Part shown: one piece after another, positions 46,193 to 59,830 of the stretch
How the letters are laid out: the number at the start of each line of letters is the position of its first letter
Numbering within the stretch: the first letter of the stretch is position 1
NCBI RefSeq assembly: GCF_009914755.1
Contig: NC_060930.1
Length of the DNA stretch: 64,000 nucleotides
Source of the DNA: the human T2T-CHM13v2.0 reference genome, Homo sapiens
Reading direction: 5' to 3' (one strand)
Notes under the pieces: generated by a model
Told to the model about the DNA's origin: nothing
Seen by the model: only the letters and a program-made list of their open reading frames with translations
The model's database searches: none
Translations under genes and position numbers: made by a program

Positions 46193-48339
46193 AAAATGAG
46201 CAATAAATTTCTTAAAATTCTCTTGTGAGAAACTTTTTGGAGGTCAAGAGAAAGAAAAGCCTAAGCAGTTCTGCCAGGGTAATTCACTGAATGTTGACAT
46301 AACTATGTCTCACTGGAAGAGAAGTAAAGTTTGTGTTTAGGGTAGAATATTGATTACGGTTTATTCACTGAGACCTACCTGTAAAAATAAATTAATTTTA
46401 ACTTATTATGGTTTGAATCCTGAAATAAAATAAAGAAATTGAGTCAGTTATAATCCTTATGTCTCTGACTAGGTCTTAGCAAGAAATAAGCCAAGGAGAG
46501 ATTCCACCTTTTTTTCTGATAAAACAACCTGAATGTAGGGCTCTTCCCACAATGAATAGAAGAGGAGGGGCATTATAAAAGGGAGGCATTATAAAAAGAG
46601 GGGTGTTATAAAAGAGATAATGACAGTCATAATATAGACTTTTGTGGTAAACAGTTTATTTATTTAACTGGGGTCTTAAGACTGATTTCTCATAGAAGAA
46701 TGAGTCAAACAATAATGGCACCCAGTGGAGCCACTTCATGGTCCCAAGAAGGTGAGTTGTTATTATTGTTATCACATTTATCATCAGCTCCAATTATACT
46801 AGCAGAAAATACCTAGGAAATGAAAGCATCCTGTTGGCAATGAAGTAATAGGAAAACAAGGAAATATATGTCCATTGCCATTTATTTTCTTTTGTAGTCC
46901 AATTCTAGATAAACCACACTGATGAGATAGGAAATATTTACATAAACTATTTCCTGATTACTCAAGCTTGTTCAGGAGCCATTCTGTAAGTTATCTTTTT
47001 CTAGACTTTTATGTTCAGTCTTCCTATAAGAACCACTAAGTACCACTGAATACAGACAAGTCTTGATGAACTTCTCTAAATCTTAATTTGCTCTCCTACA
47101 TAAGCTGAGTAAATGGACAATTGAATTACAGTGGTTTTATTTTCAAGTGAAGTGAAATTCAAATTTGTAAAAAACTTAAAAATCGATGGAAATAACAAAA
47201 AAATTAAAATGAAGCAAAGATATTTATATTAATGCAGTTTTATATAATAAATACAATAACAATAAATCAATATTTAGTTTGAAGAGCTATAGTAATTAAA
47301 TTGTAAGCAATTATAGCTACTTAACAGGATGGAGATACAATGTAAACAAAGTACATAAAGGAAAAAGCAGACAAAAAACCAACATCAACAAACCACAAAA
47401 CATCCACTAAACAAATAGATGTAATGTAGTTTTGGGGTTACTTTTGATTTTTTTTTTTAATTGGTAAAGTTCTTTTTGTGATAGTTTTTCCTTGGGGTTG
47501 GGATGAAATAGAGAAACCAGGTTTCAGCTTATGTTTGAGAACTTTTCTTTATAGATAATTTCCCAATTGTTCAAAAGCAAAAACAAGGTCATGCTAATGT
47601 TAGGAGTTTAGAGTTTAAGTAAGCTCAAGTATCAAACTTTGTTCTGTTCCATAAGGCCCAAGAGGAAAATGTTCTGAATTATTAAAGTTGTTTTCCTTCA
47701 CAGTTAGAGCAACAGTACACAGAACTCCCATTTTTCTCTGCCTTATTTTTACAAAGCACATCAATGAGAATGACTCCTCTCTTCTCTTATCAGCATTCTC
47801 CATCATTTTGTTTAGGATCTTTTGAGTTTGAGGGCATGGTGAAAACCAGTTCAGTTTTGATGAACAAAAGTTAGGAGGTTTACTCTAAAAGTTAGGAGTC
47901 TTGACACAGATGGGGGCTGCTGTTGTGGTCATTATATACAACCTAATGGAACTATGTTCTCATACCCAGCCACACTTTTTAAATTCTTTCCAGGATGAGA
48001 AAAATGGAGAATTGTGCCATTTATCCTTGGCCCAGGAAGAAATATTAATATCATGTTCCAAGTGGAAACAAACCCACACCTGTGACATTTTTCCACTAGA
48101 GGTGGAGAGAGTAGGATGGGGTGAGAACCATCTTTTTTTCCCCTTTGGCTCTGTACCCAATTAATGTGTTTTTCATATTTTTTTAATGCCTGGGATTAAG
48201 AAGTGATTAGTTCAGTCAAGTTAAGTGAAAATGCTTATAGAACTGGAAAAAAACTCATCAATTATTGGCATTACCCTATAGAGTCATTTTACAAGAGTCA
48301 TTGTCAGTATATTACTGTATATATACTCTTTGCAAAGGA

Positions 48340-48470
48340 AACCAAGTGGTAAAGTAAAAAATCTACTGGACTTAGAGTCATGGAAAGTGACTAGTTTCCA
48401 TAAATTTCCTGTGTGGTAGTGGTCGAATCACTTAGCCTTTTTAGTTATTTGACCAAAAGTGAGGAAGTAA
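48340..48470 (+). mobile_element. MIR fragment
   Basis: ctactggacttagagtca...ctgtgtggtagtggtcgaatcacttagcct. Confidence 0.55.
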
Positions 48471-49059
48471 AAATTAATCCAGGGTGCTATATTTGTTAAG
48501 CCTCTAAATAGCTTTGGCAGAGGCTGGTAGTTGCAAACATACCTCCTGTTCCATATAAAATTTAGATGAACTACTGAAAATTAGGGTTGAACACAGCTTA
48601 ATCTCTGAGGTTAATCAGAGTCCAAAGGGAGTAAGTTCAATTTCCATGACAAAACTGAACAAGATCTGAGCAGTTCCCTACTACCATTGCTCCTCAAGGA
48701 AGAGCCCTGTACAATCTGGCAGACATACCTATACTGCTATTATGATGCTGGGCTCATCAGTTTTCTACCTAGGCAGCAGTTCATCTTCATGGGAGATTGA
48801 ACTGACCTCAAAATACAAGCTCAACTAGGGGAGAACAACATAGAATTCCACCACTGTCCCATCTTAGTGGTCAGTTTTTACTTCAAATACAAGTGACCAT
48901 AAGAATACTGGATTAAAAGTAATGCCATCATTTCCTGCTTCACAAATCCGACATATTAATAAGGCTGAGTATAGCAGTTGGTACTTTGCCATGGGGAAAG
49001 GTATTTTCTTTATAAAAAAGCCCCTTTACAAGACCTCTGAAATTTACTATTTCTTAATC

Positions 49060-49322
49060 ATAATAGCAATCTCAATGAATTTAAAAACCTAGGTAAAATG
49101 GACAAATTCCTAGAAAATAAAAATTATTTAAAATGGCTCAAGAAGAAATAAAACATCTTAATGGTTCTATAACTAGTAACCTACAATCAGTAGTTTAAAA
49201 TCTTTCCCCAAATAAAACACCATGTTTGGGTTATTTCACAGGCAATTGCTATAAAAACTGAAGGAACAGATAATTTTAACCTTATAAATTTCAGAGAATA
49301 CTAAAAAATGAAGAAGCACTTT
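49060..49322 (+). mobile_element. Ancient L1M(E) ORF2 fragment; resumes at ~56235-56600
   Basis: aaaacctaggtaaaatggacaaattcctagaaa; continuation tcattttatatagctaatattaccttgatacc at 56240. Confidence 0.7.
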
Positions 49323-52300
49323 ATATATTGGTTAAAATATAAGTTTATCTGTATTTAACAGGAACCAAGACAACAATGACTTAAAATATGTAGAGTTTTA
49401 TTTTCTGTCTCGTATGATAGCCTGGAGACAGCTGGCCAGTACAGGTATAGCAGACTGATTTTAAGGTCATCTGTGGGAAATGTAGTGCTCCACAGGTTCA
49501 GCATCTCAGGTTCCTTTTGCTGTGTTTTCCCATCATACCTAAAGTGGTACCTTTGAACACATAATCCAAGAAGGCTCACAACCACATTCTCATTTCAGTG
49601 AATAAGTGAGAGGATGGGTTGAAGAAGGGGACCTCTTTTTTTGATAGGTTATTGGGGAACTGGTGGTGTTTGGTAACATGAGTAAATTCTTCAATGGTGA
49701 TTTGTGAGATTTTGGTGCACTCATCACCGAAGCAGTGTATACTGTACCCAATTTGTATTCTTTTATCCCTCACCCTCTTCCCACCCTTTCCCCCTGGGTC
49801 CCCAAAGTCCATTGTGTCATTATTATGCCTTTGTGTCCTCATAGCTTAGCTCCCAAATATCAGTGAGAACATACAATGTTTAGTTTTCCATTCCTGAGTT
49901 ACTTCACTTAGGATAATAGTTTCCAATCTCATCCAGGTCACTGCAAATGCCTTTAATTCATTCCTTTTTATGGCTGAGTAGTATTCCTTCTGTATGATGA
50001 GTTTGAGTTTGTTGTGTGTGTGTGTATACATATATATGTATACACACACACACACCACAGTTTCTTTATTCAGTCATTGATGGGTGTTTTGGTTGGTTTC
50101 ACATTTTTACAATTGTGAATTGTGCTGCTATAAACATGTGTGCAAGTATGTTTTTCATATAATGAGTTCTTTTTCTCTGGGTAGATACCCAGTAGTGGGA
50201 TTGCTGGATCAAATGGTAGTTCTACTTTTAGTTGTTTAAGGAATCTCCACTGTTTTCCATGGTGGTTGTACTAGTTTACACTGCCACCAGCAGTGTAGAA
50301 GTGTTCCCTGTTAACCACATCCATGCCAAATCTGTTATTCTTTGATTTTTTGATTATGGCCATTATTGAGGGACTAAGGTGGTGTCGCATTGTGGTTTTG
50401 ATTTGCATTTCCCTGCTCATTAGTGATGTTGAGCATTTTTTCATGTTTGTTGGTCATTGGATATCTTCTTTTGGGAATTGTCTATTGAAGTTTGTTTTTC
50501 TTGCTAATTTGTTTGAGTTTGTTGTAGATTCTTGATATTAGTCCTTCGATAGATGTATAGATTGTGAAGATATTCTCCCAATCCGTGGGTTGTTTGTTTA
50601 CTCTGCTGACTGTTCCTTTTGTCATGTAAAATCTCTTTAGTTTAATTAAGTTCCATCTATTCATCTTTATTTTTATTACATTTACTTTTGGGTTCTCGGT
50701 CATGAATCCTTGCCAAAGCCAACGTCAGGAAGGGATTTTCCAATGTTATTTTCTGGAATTTTTATAGTTTCAGGTCTTAGATTTAAGTTCTTGATCCATC
50801 TTGAGTTGATTTTGGTATAAGGTGAAAGATGACAATCCAGTTTCATTCTCCGCCATGTGGCTTGCCCATTATGCCAGAATCATTTGTTGAATAGGGTGTC
50901 CTTTCCCCACTTTATGCTTTTGTTTGCTTTGTCAAATATCAGTTGGTGTAAGTATTTGGGCTTATTTCTGCATTTTCTATTCTATTCCGTTTGTCTTTGT
51001 GCCTATTTTTATACCAATATCATGTTGTTTTGGTGAATATGGCCTTATAGTGTAGTTTGAAATCAGATGATGTGATGCCTCTAGGTTTGTTCTTTTTGCT
51101 TAGTCTTGCTTTGGTTATGTGGGCTATTTTGGTTCCATATGAATTTTAGGATTGTTTCTTCTAGTTCTGTAAAGAATGGTGGTGGTATTTTGAATGGGAA
51201 TTGCATGAATTTGTAGATTGCTTTTGGCAGTATGATCATTTTCACAATATTGATTCTACCCATTCATGAGCATGGAATGTGTTTCCATTTGTTTGTGTTG
51301 TCTATGATTTCTTTCAGCAGTGTTTTGTAGTTTTCTTTGGTAGAGGTATTTCACCTCCTTGGCTAGGTATATTCCCAGGTTTCTTTTTTTTTTTTCAGCT
51401 ATTGTAAAAAGGGTTGAGTTCTTGAATTTATTCTCTGCTTGGTCACTGTTAGTTTATAGAAGAGGTACTAATTTGTGTACATTAATTTTGTATCCAGAAA
51501 CTTTGCTGAATTCTTTTATCAGTTTTAGGAGCTTTCTGGAGGATTCTTTAGGGTTTTCTAGGTAAACAATCATATCGTCAGCAAACATTGACAGTTTAAC
51601 TTCCTCTTTACCAACTTGGATGCCCTTTATTTATTTATCTTGCCTGATTGCTGTGGCTAAGACTTGCAGTACTATGTTGAAAAGGAGGGGTGAGATTGGG
51701 CATCCTTGTCTTGTTCCAGTTCTCAGAGGAAATGCTTCAACTTTTTCCCATTCAGTATTATATTGGCTGTGGGTTGTTCATAGATTGACTTTATGACATT
51801 GAGGTATGTCTCTTGTATGCTGATTTTGCTAAGAGTTTTAATCATAAAGGGATGCTGGATTTTGTTGAATGCTTTTTCTGCATCTACTGAGATGATAATG
51901 TGATTTTCATTTTTGATTATATTTATGTGGTGTGTCAAATTTATTGACTTGTGTGTGTTAAACAATCCCTGCATCTCTGGTATAAAAGCCACTTGGTCAT
52001 GGTGGATTATCTTTTTGATATGTTTTTGGATTTAGTTAACTAGTATTTTGTTGAGGTTTTTTTCCATCTATGTTCATCAGGGATATTGGTCTGCAGTTTT
52101 TTGTTATTGTTGCTATATCCTTTCCTAGTTTTGGTATTAGGGTGATACTGGCTTCATAGAATAATTTAGCAAAGATTTCCTCTTTCTCTGTCTTGGGGGA
52201 ATAGTGTCAATATAATTGGTACCAATTCTTCTTTCAATGTCTCGTAGAATTCTGCTGTGAATCCATCTGGTCCTGGACTTCTTTTGTTGGTAAAATTTTT

Positions 52301-55300
52301 TTTATTGGCCATTTCAATCTCACTGCTATTTAATGGTCTGTTCAAGGTATCTAATTCTTCCTGATTTAAGCTAGGAGGGCTGTATCTTCCCAGGAATTTA
52401 TCCATCTCCTCTAGGTTTTCTAGCTTATGAGCATAAAGGTGTTCATGGTAGCCTTGAAAGATCTTTTGTATTTCTGTGGTGTTTCATTTCTAATTGAGTT
52501 TATTTAAATTTTTCTCTCTTTCTTTCTTCGTTAATCTTGCTAATGGTCTATCAATTTTATTTATCTTTTCAAAAAACCAGTTTTTGTTTAATTTATCTTT
52601 TGTATTTTTTTTTCAATTTTATTTAGTTCTACTCTGATCTTTATTATTTCCTTTCTTCTGCTGGGTTTGGATTTGCTTTGTTCTTGCTTCTCTAGTTCTT
52701 TGAGGTGTGACTTTAGATTGTCTGTCTGTGCTCTTTCAGACTTTTTGATGTAAGCGTTTAGGGCTATGAACTTTCCTCTTATCAGTGTCTTTGCTGTATC
52801 CGAGAGGTTTTGGTAGGTTATGTCACCATTGTCGTTCAGTTTGAAGAATTTTTTAATTTCCACCTTAATTTCATTTTTGTCCTGATGATCATTCAGGGGA
52901 AAGTTATTTAATTTTCATGTATTTGCAGGGTTTTGAAGGTTTCTTTTGGAGTTGATTTCCAGTTTTATTCCACTGTGGTTTGAGAGAGTGCTTGATATAA
53001 TTTCAATTTTCTTAAATTTATTGAGGCTTGTTTTGTGGCCTATCATGTGGTCTATCTGGGAGAAAGTTCCATGGACTGATGAATAGAATGTATATTCTGT
53101 GGTTGTTGGGTAGAATGTTCTTTAAATATCTGTTAAGTCCATTTTTTTCCCAGGGTATAGTTTCAATTCATTGTTTCTTTGTTGACTTTCTGTCTTGATG
53201 ACCTGTGTAGTGGTGTCAGTGGAGTATTGAAGCCCCCCCTTATTGTGTTGCTCTCTATCTCATTTCTTAGGTCTGTTAGTAATTGTTTTATACATTTGGA
53301 ACCTCCAGTGTTAGGTGCATATATATTTAGGATTGTGATTTTTTTTTGTTGGACAAGGCCTTTTATTATTATATAATGACCCTCTTTGTCTTTTTAAACT
53401 GCAATTGTTTTAAAGTTTTTTTTTGTCTGATATAAGAATAGCTACTCCTGCTTGCTTTTGGAGTCCATTTGCATGAGATGCCTTTTTTCACCCCTTTACC
53501 TGAAGTTTTTATGAGTCCTTATGTGTTAGGTGAGTCCCTTGAAGACAGCAGATAGTTGGTTGATGAATTCTTATTTATTCTGCAATTCTATATCTTTAAG
53601 TAGAGCATTCAGACCATTTACATTCAATGTTAGTATTGAGATATGAAGTATGATTCTATTTATTGTGCTATTTGTTGCCTGTATTCCTTTGGGTTTTTAA
53701 AATTGTATTTTTATTATATATGTCCTGTGTGAGTTATGCTTTAAAGAGGTTCTGTTTTGATGCATTTCCAGTATTTGTTTTAAAATTTAGAGTTCCTTTT
53801 AACAGTTCTTGTAGTGCTGGCTTGGTAGTCACAAATTCTCTCAACATTTGTTTGTCTGAGAAAGACTATATCTTTCCTTCACTTCTGAAGCTTAGTTTCA
53901 CTGGATACAAAATTCTTGGCCGATAATTGCTTTGTTTGAGGAGGTTGAAGATAGGGCCTGAATCCCTTCTAGCTTGTAGGGGGTTTCTGCTGAGAAATCT
54001 GCTGTTTATCTGATAGGGTTTTTTTTTTCTTAATATATATGTTACCTGGTGCTTTTGCCTCACAGCAATTAAGATTCTTTCCTTTGTCTTAACTTTAGAT
54101 AACCTGATGACAATGTGCCCAGGTGATCTTTTTGTGATGAATTTCCCGGGTGTTCTTTGTGCTTCTTGTATTTAGGTATTTGGATGTCTAGGTCTCTAGC
54201 AAACCCACGAAAGTTTTCCTTAATTATTCCCCCAAATGTATTTTCCAAACTTTTAGATTTCTCTTCTTCCTCAGGAACACCAATTATTCTTAGGTTTGGT
54301 CATTTAACATAATCTGAGACTTCTTGGAGTCTTTGTTTATATATTTTTTTCTTTGTCCTTGTTAGATTGGGTTAATTCAAAAACCTTGTCTTTGAGCTCT
54401 GTAGTTCTTTCTTCTGCTTGTTTGATTCTATTGCTGAGACTTTCCAGAGAATTTTGCATTTCTATAAGTCCGCCTATTGTTCCAAGTTTTGTTTTTTATT
54501 TATGCTATCTATTTCATTGAAAATTTATCCTCCCATTTCTTGTATCTTTTTTGTACTTTCTTAAATTAAGCTTCACCTTTATCTGGTGCCTCCCTGATTA
54601 GCATAATAACTAACCTTCTGAATACTTTTTTAGATAAATCAGGGATTTCTTCTTGGTTTGTATCCATTGGTGGTGAGCTAGTGTGATTCTGGTGGGGGGG
54701 GGGGGTGGTGTTAAAAAACCTTGTTTTATCATATTACCAGAGTTGGTTTTCTGGTTCCTTCTCATCTGGGTAGGCTACATCAGAGGGAAGGTATAGGGCT
54801 CAAGGTTGCTTTTCATATTCTTTTGTCCCAGGGGTGTTTCTTTGATATAGTACTCTCCCCCTTTTCCTAGGGATGTAGCTTCCTGAGAGCTGAGCTGTAG
54901 TGATTGTTATCTCTCTTCTGGATCTAGCCACCCAGCAAGCCTCCCAGGCTCTGGGCTTGTACTGGGGGTTGTCTGCACAACATTTTATGATGTGAAACGT
55001 ATGTGGATCTCTCAGCTGTGGATATCAGTTCCTGCTCCAGTGGAAGTGGCAGGGGGGTGAAATGGACTCTGTAAGTTTCCTTAGCTTTGGTTGTTTAATG
55101 CAATATTTTTGTGCTGGTTTTCCTCCTGTTGGGAGGTGGTTCTTTCAAGAGAACATCAGTTGTGGTAGCATGGGGAGGAACAGGTGGTGGGCAGAGCCCT
55201 AGAACTTCCAAGATTATATACCCTTTGTCCTCAACTACCAAGGTGGGTAGGGAATGACCATTAGATGGGGTCAGGGCTAGGCATGTCTGAGCTTAGACTC

Positions 55301-56225
55301 ATCCTTGGGGGATGGCGGTGTGGTTCCCAGGTCAATGGAGTTATTTTCCTAAGAGGATTATGGCCATCTCTACTGTGTCATGCAGGTTGTCAGGTAAGTG
55401 GGGGAAAGCCAGCCACCATAGACCTCACACAGCTCCCATGCAACCCAAAGGTCTGGTGTCACTCTCACCATGCCCCATCCAACAGTACTGAGTCTGTTTC
55501 CAGGCAGTGGGTGAGTAGGGCTGAGAACTTGCCCCAGCTACCCGTCTCCCAGCTGTGAAAGCAAGTAAGGCTTTCTTGCTCCCCCAGCCACCCACCCCGT
55601 GAAGTCTGCACACCAGATTCATACCCTTCCCCAAGTTCTGGCCAGTAGACATCTCGATCACTTCCAATTGTTACAAAGTTCAGCTAGAGGATTTTTCTTC
55701 CTGTGGCCTTTTTCTAGTGCCTCTGGCAGACCTCCCCAAGGATCCCGTGAGGCAAGGGAGAAACGGCTTGCTAGGATACCCAACAAGCCCACAGGGCTTT
55801 TTCCATTGCTTTCTCTACCCATGTATTTTGTTCAGCTCTCTAAATTGACTGAATCCCAGGTAAGGTCAGACTCTTCTCCTGTGATCTAAACCTTTAGCTT
55901 CCCCAGTGAGGGTGTGTATATGTGGGTGGACAATCCCCCTTTCTCACTTCTATAGTTTGCACACTCACAGTATTGGGTTGTCTACTGAGTCCTGTAAGAG
56001 CAATCTGCTTCCTTCAGAGGGTCTCAGGGGACCTCTTTCTCAAAAACCACAACCCTAAAGTTGCCTTATATCCCATAAATCAAAGCTTAGTTACATGGTC
56101 ACACAAATTTGCAAGGGAGGCTGAAAAATATAGTCTTATTTTGGGCATCCAGGTGTCTGGAGGCTTTATTATTCAGATGTTCAGGGATTTCTATTACCTT
56201 AGAAGAAAGAGAGAACAAAAACTGT
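49323..56225 (-). mobile_element. MaLR (MLT1-type) solo LTR split by an L1PB insertion (pieces 49323-49638 and 56039-56225)
   Basis: acaacaatgacttaaaatatgtagagttttattttctgtctc and cttagttacatggtcacacaaatttgcaagggaggctgaaaaatatagtc. Confidence 0.7.
49639..56025 (-). mobile_element. Near full-length L1PB1-like LINE-1, decayed
   Basis: 3'UTR, ORF2 and ORF1 remnants and 5'UTR; perfect TSD aggggacctcttt at 49626-49638 and 56026-56038. Confidence 0.93.
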
Positions 56226-56383
56226 GCCACATGCTCCAAATCATTTTATATAGCTAATATTACCTTGATACCAAATCAAGGTAAAGACACTGAGACATAA
56301 ATATGTGTCAAAAATTCTTAAAAATTTTACTAAATTGAATCAAGCCATGTATAAAGGTAATCTATCCTCCTTTTCTCATCTCG

Positions 56384-56517
56384 TATATATTATATATATA
56401 GGCAATGCCTCTTCTTTCATATATATATACATATATATATAGGCAATGCCTCTTCTTTCATATATATACACATATATATGAAATAAAAATACTTCTCTCA
56501 TATATATGAAATAAAAA
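56384..56517. repeat. TA-rich tandem duplications (41-bp unit x2; catatatatgaaataaaaa x2)
   Basis: ggcaatgcctcttctttcatatatata at 56401 and 56442. Confidence 0.88.
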
Positions 56518-59517
56518 AGGAGGATCATTTTTTTACCCTGATAAAGGATATCTACAAATGCCAAAATCAAACATGACACTTAACAGTTCAATATTAGAAG
56601 TATAATGGAATATTATGATTGAAGTTTTGATCAAGGCATTATAACACAATAAGTGCTGCATAACAACTGAAGGTAATGGGCAAAAATGAAGAAGATAGTT
56701 ATGTGACTACGGTTAAATTCCTGAAGTACATCATACAACTTATTTGATTTGGTTAAATGCTTGGAGAGAAGGAATACCTTCTATTTCATCTAACTGCTCT
56801 GTGCAAAAGCGTGAGCTTAGTAACACTTCTGTGAACCTGAGATAATCTGAAAAGAATTACTTTCACAGTAGACCATAGCACTTAGTTTGAGGAATTATTT
56901 TATGTCTTTTCCAGGAATGATTTGTTTATGCTCTTCTTTTACCTTCCAACTTTTATTTGGGGTTCAGGGGGCATGCAGGTTCGTTACATGGGTAAATGTG
57001 TGTTGCGGAGGTACACAGTACAAATGATTTTGTCACATAGGTAGTGAGCATAATATACTATAGGTAGATTTTCAGTCCTCATCCTCCTCCCATTCTCCAC
57101 CCTCAAGTAAGCTCTGGTGTTTATTATTTCTCTTTGTGTCCATGTGTACTCAATGTTTAACCTCCACTTATAGATGAGAGCATGAAATATTTGGTTTTTT
57201 ATTCCTACATTAATTTGCTTAGGATAATGGCTTCCAGCTCTATGCATGTTGCTGCAAAGAACATGATTTCATTCTTTTTTATGGTTGTGTGGTATTCCAT
57301 GGTTTATATGTACCACATTTTCAATATCCAGTCCATAGTTGATGGGCACTGAGGTTGATTTTATGTCTTTGCTATTGTGAATAGTGCTGTGATGAACATA
57401 TACATGCAAATGTATTTGTGGTAGAGCAATTAATATTCCTTTGGGTATATACTCAGCACTGGGATTGCTGGGTTGAATGGTACTGGTTTTAAATTCTTTG
57501 AGAAATCACCAAAGTGCTTTTCACATGCATGAACTAATTTACATTCCTAGAAGCAGTGTATAAACTTTCACTTGTGTCCATAGCCTCGGCAGCATCTGTA
57601 GTTTTTTTGACTTTTTAATAATAACCATTCTGACTGGTGTCACATGGTATCTCATTGTGATTTTGATTTGCATTTCTTTAATGATCAGTGATGTTGATAA
57701 TTTTCCCATATGATCATTGGCTGCTGGTATGTCTTCTTTTGAGAAGTGTCTGTTTGTGGTCTTTACATATTTAACATTTTTAAAAAACATCTTTTTTTTC
57801 TCACCATCCACAGTAGATAGGTTGTTTTTTGCTTGTTGATATAAGTTTCTTGTAGATTCTTAATATCAGACCTTTGTCAGATGCATAGTTTGTGCATTTT
57901 CTCCTATTCTTTAGATCATCTGTTTTCTCTACTGATAGTTTATTTTGCTGTGCAGAAGCTCTTTATTCAGGTCTTACTTGTTAATTTGTGTTTTTGTCAC
58001 AATTGCTTTTGGAGTCTTTGTCATGAAATATTTGGCAAGGCTTATGTCCAGAATGGTATTTCCTAGGTTTTCTTCTAGGGGTTTTATAGTTTTAGGTTTC
58101 ATGTTTAACTCTTTAATCTGTCTTAAGTTGATTTTTATATATGATGAAAGGAAGTGGTCCAGTTTTAGTCTTCTGCATATGGCTAGCTAGTTATCCCAGC
58201 ACCATTTACTGAATAGAAATTTATTTCCCATTGCTTGTTATTGTTGATATTGTCAAAGATCAGATGGTTGTAGGTGTGTAGCTTTATTTTTGGGTTCTCT
58301 AACCTGTCGCATTGGTCTACGAGTCTGTTTTTGTATAAGCACCATGCTTTTTTTGTTACTTCCAGATTTTGCACATTCAGTATGATGTTGCCTGTGGGTT
58401 TGTCATAGAAGGCTCTTTTTAATTTAAATTATGTACCTTCAATGCCTAGTTTGTTGAAGGTTTTTAGCATGAAGAGATGTTGAATTTTATCAAAAGGCTT
58501 TTCTGCATTTATTGAGATGATCATGTGCTTTTTGGGTTTATTTCTGCTTATGTGATTCCTGGTTAACTGTATTTCTAGATATTTTATTCTTTTTGTGGCT
58601 ATTGTGAATAGGATTGTGCTATTGATTTAGCTCTTAGCTTGGACATCTTGTTGTATATAAATGCCACTGATTTTTGTACATGTATTTTGTATACTGAAAC
58701 TTTGCTAAAGCTATCATATGTAGAGTTACATTTATTGATTTGTGTATATTGAACCAACCTTGCATCATCAACATAAATCCTACTTGATCATATTGGATTA
58801 GCTTTTTTATTTGCTGCTGCATTTGATTTGATAGTATTCTGTTCAAGACTTATGTATCTAAGTTCATCAGGGATATGGGCGTGAAGTTTTCTTTTTCTGT
58901 ATCTTCACCAGGTTTTGTATCAGAATGATGCTGCCTCATAGAATGAGTTAGGGAGGAGTCCTTTCTCCTTAATTCTTTGGAATAGTTTCAGTAGGATTAG
59001 AACCAACTCTTACTAGCATATGTGGCAGAATTTAGCTGTGAATCTTTGTGTTCCATGGTTTTTTCTGGTTGGTAGACTTTTTGTTACTGATTCAATTTTG
59101 GAACTCATTATTGGTCGTTCAAGTATTCATTTTCTTCCTATTCCAGTCCTGGGAGGTTGTCTGATTCTAGAAATTTATCAATTTCATCTAGGTTTTCTAG
59201 TTTGTGTGCACAGAGGTGTTTATAATAGTCTTTGAAGGATTTTTGTAGCTCTGTGGGACCAGTGGTAATGTCTCCTTTGTCATTTTAAATTATTTTTATT
59301 TGAATCTTTTTTTATTTTTTCTTTATTAGTCTAGCTAGCAGTCTATCAATCCTATTGGTTCTTTCAAATAACCAACTTTTGGTTAGTTTGTCTTTTGTAT
59401 GGATTTTTGTGTCTCAATTTCACTCATTTCAACTTTGATTTTGGTTATTTCTTTTTTTCTGTTAGCTCTGCAATTTGTTTCCTTTTGTTTTTCTAGTTCT
59501 TCTGGGCGTGATGTTAG

Positions 59518-59830
<313 letters not shown>

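Noticed and set aside
47615-48164. Short ORFs in the 47-48 kb unique island
   Set aside because: No homology recognised; lengths are compatible with chance.
54691-54710. Poly(G) run as a functional G-quadruplex element
   Set aside because: Simple homopolymer expansion inside a decayed L1; no supporting context.
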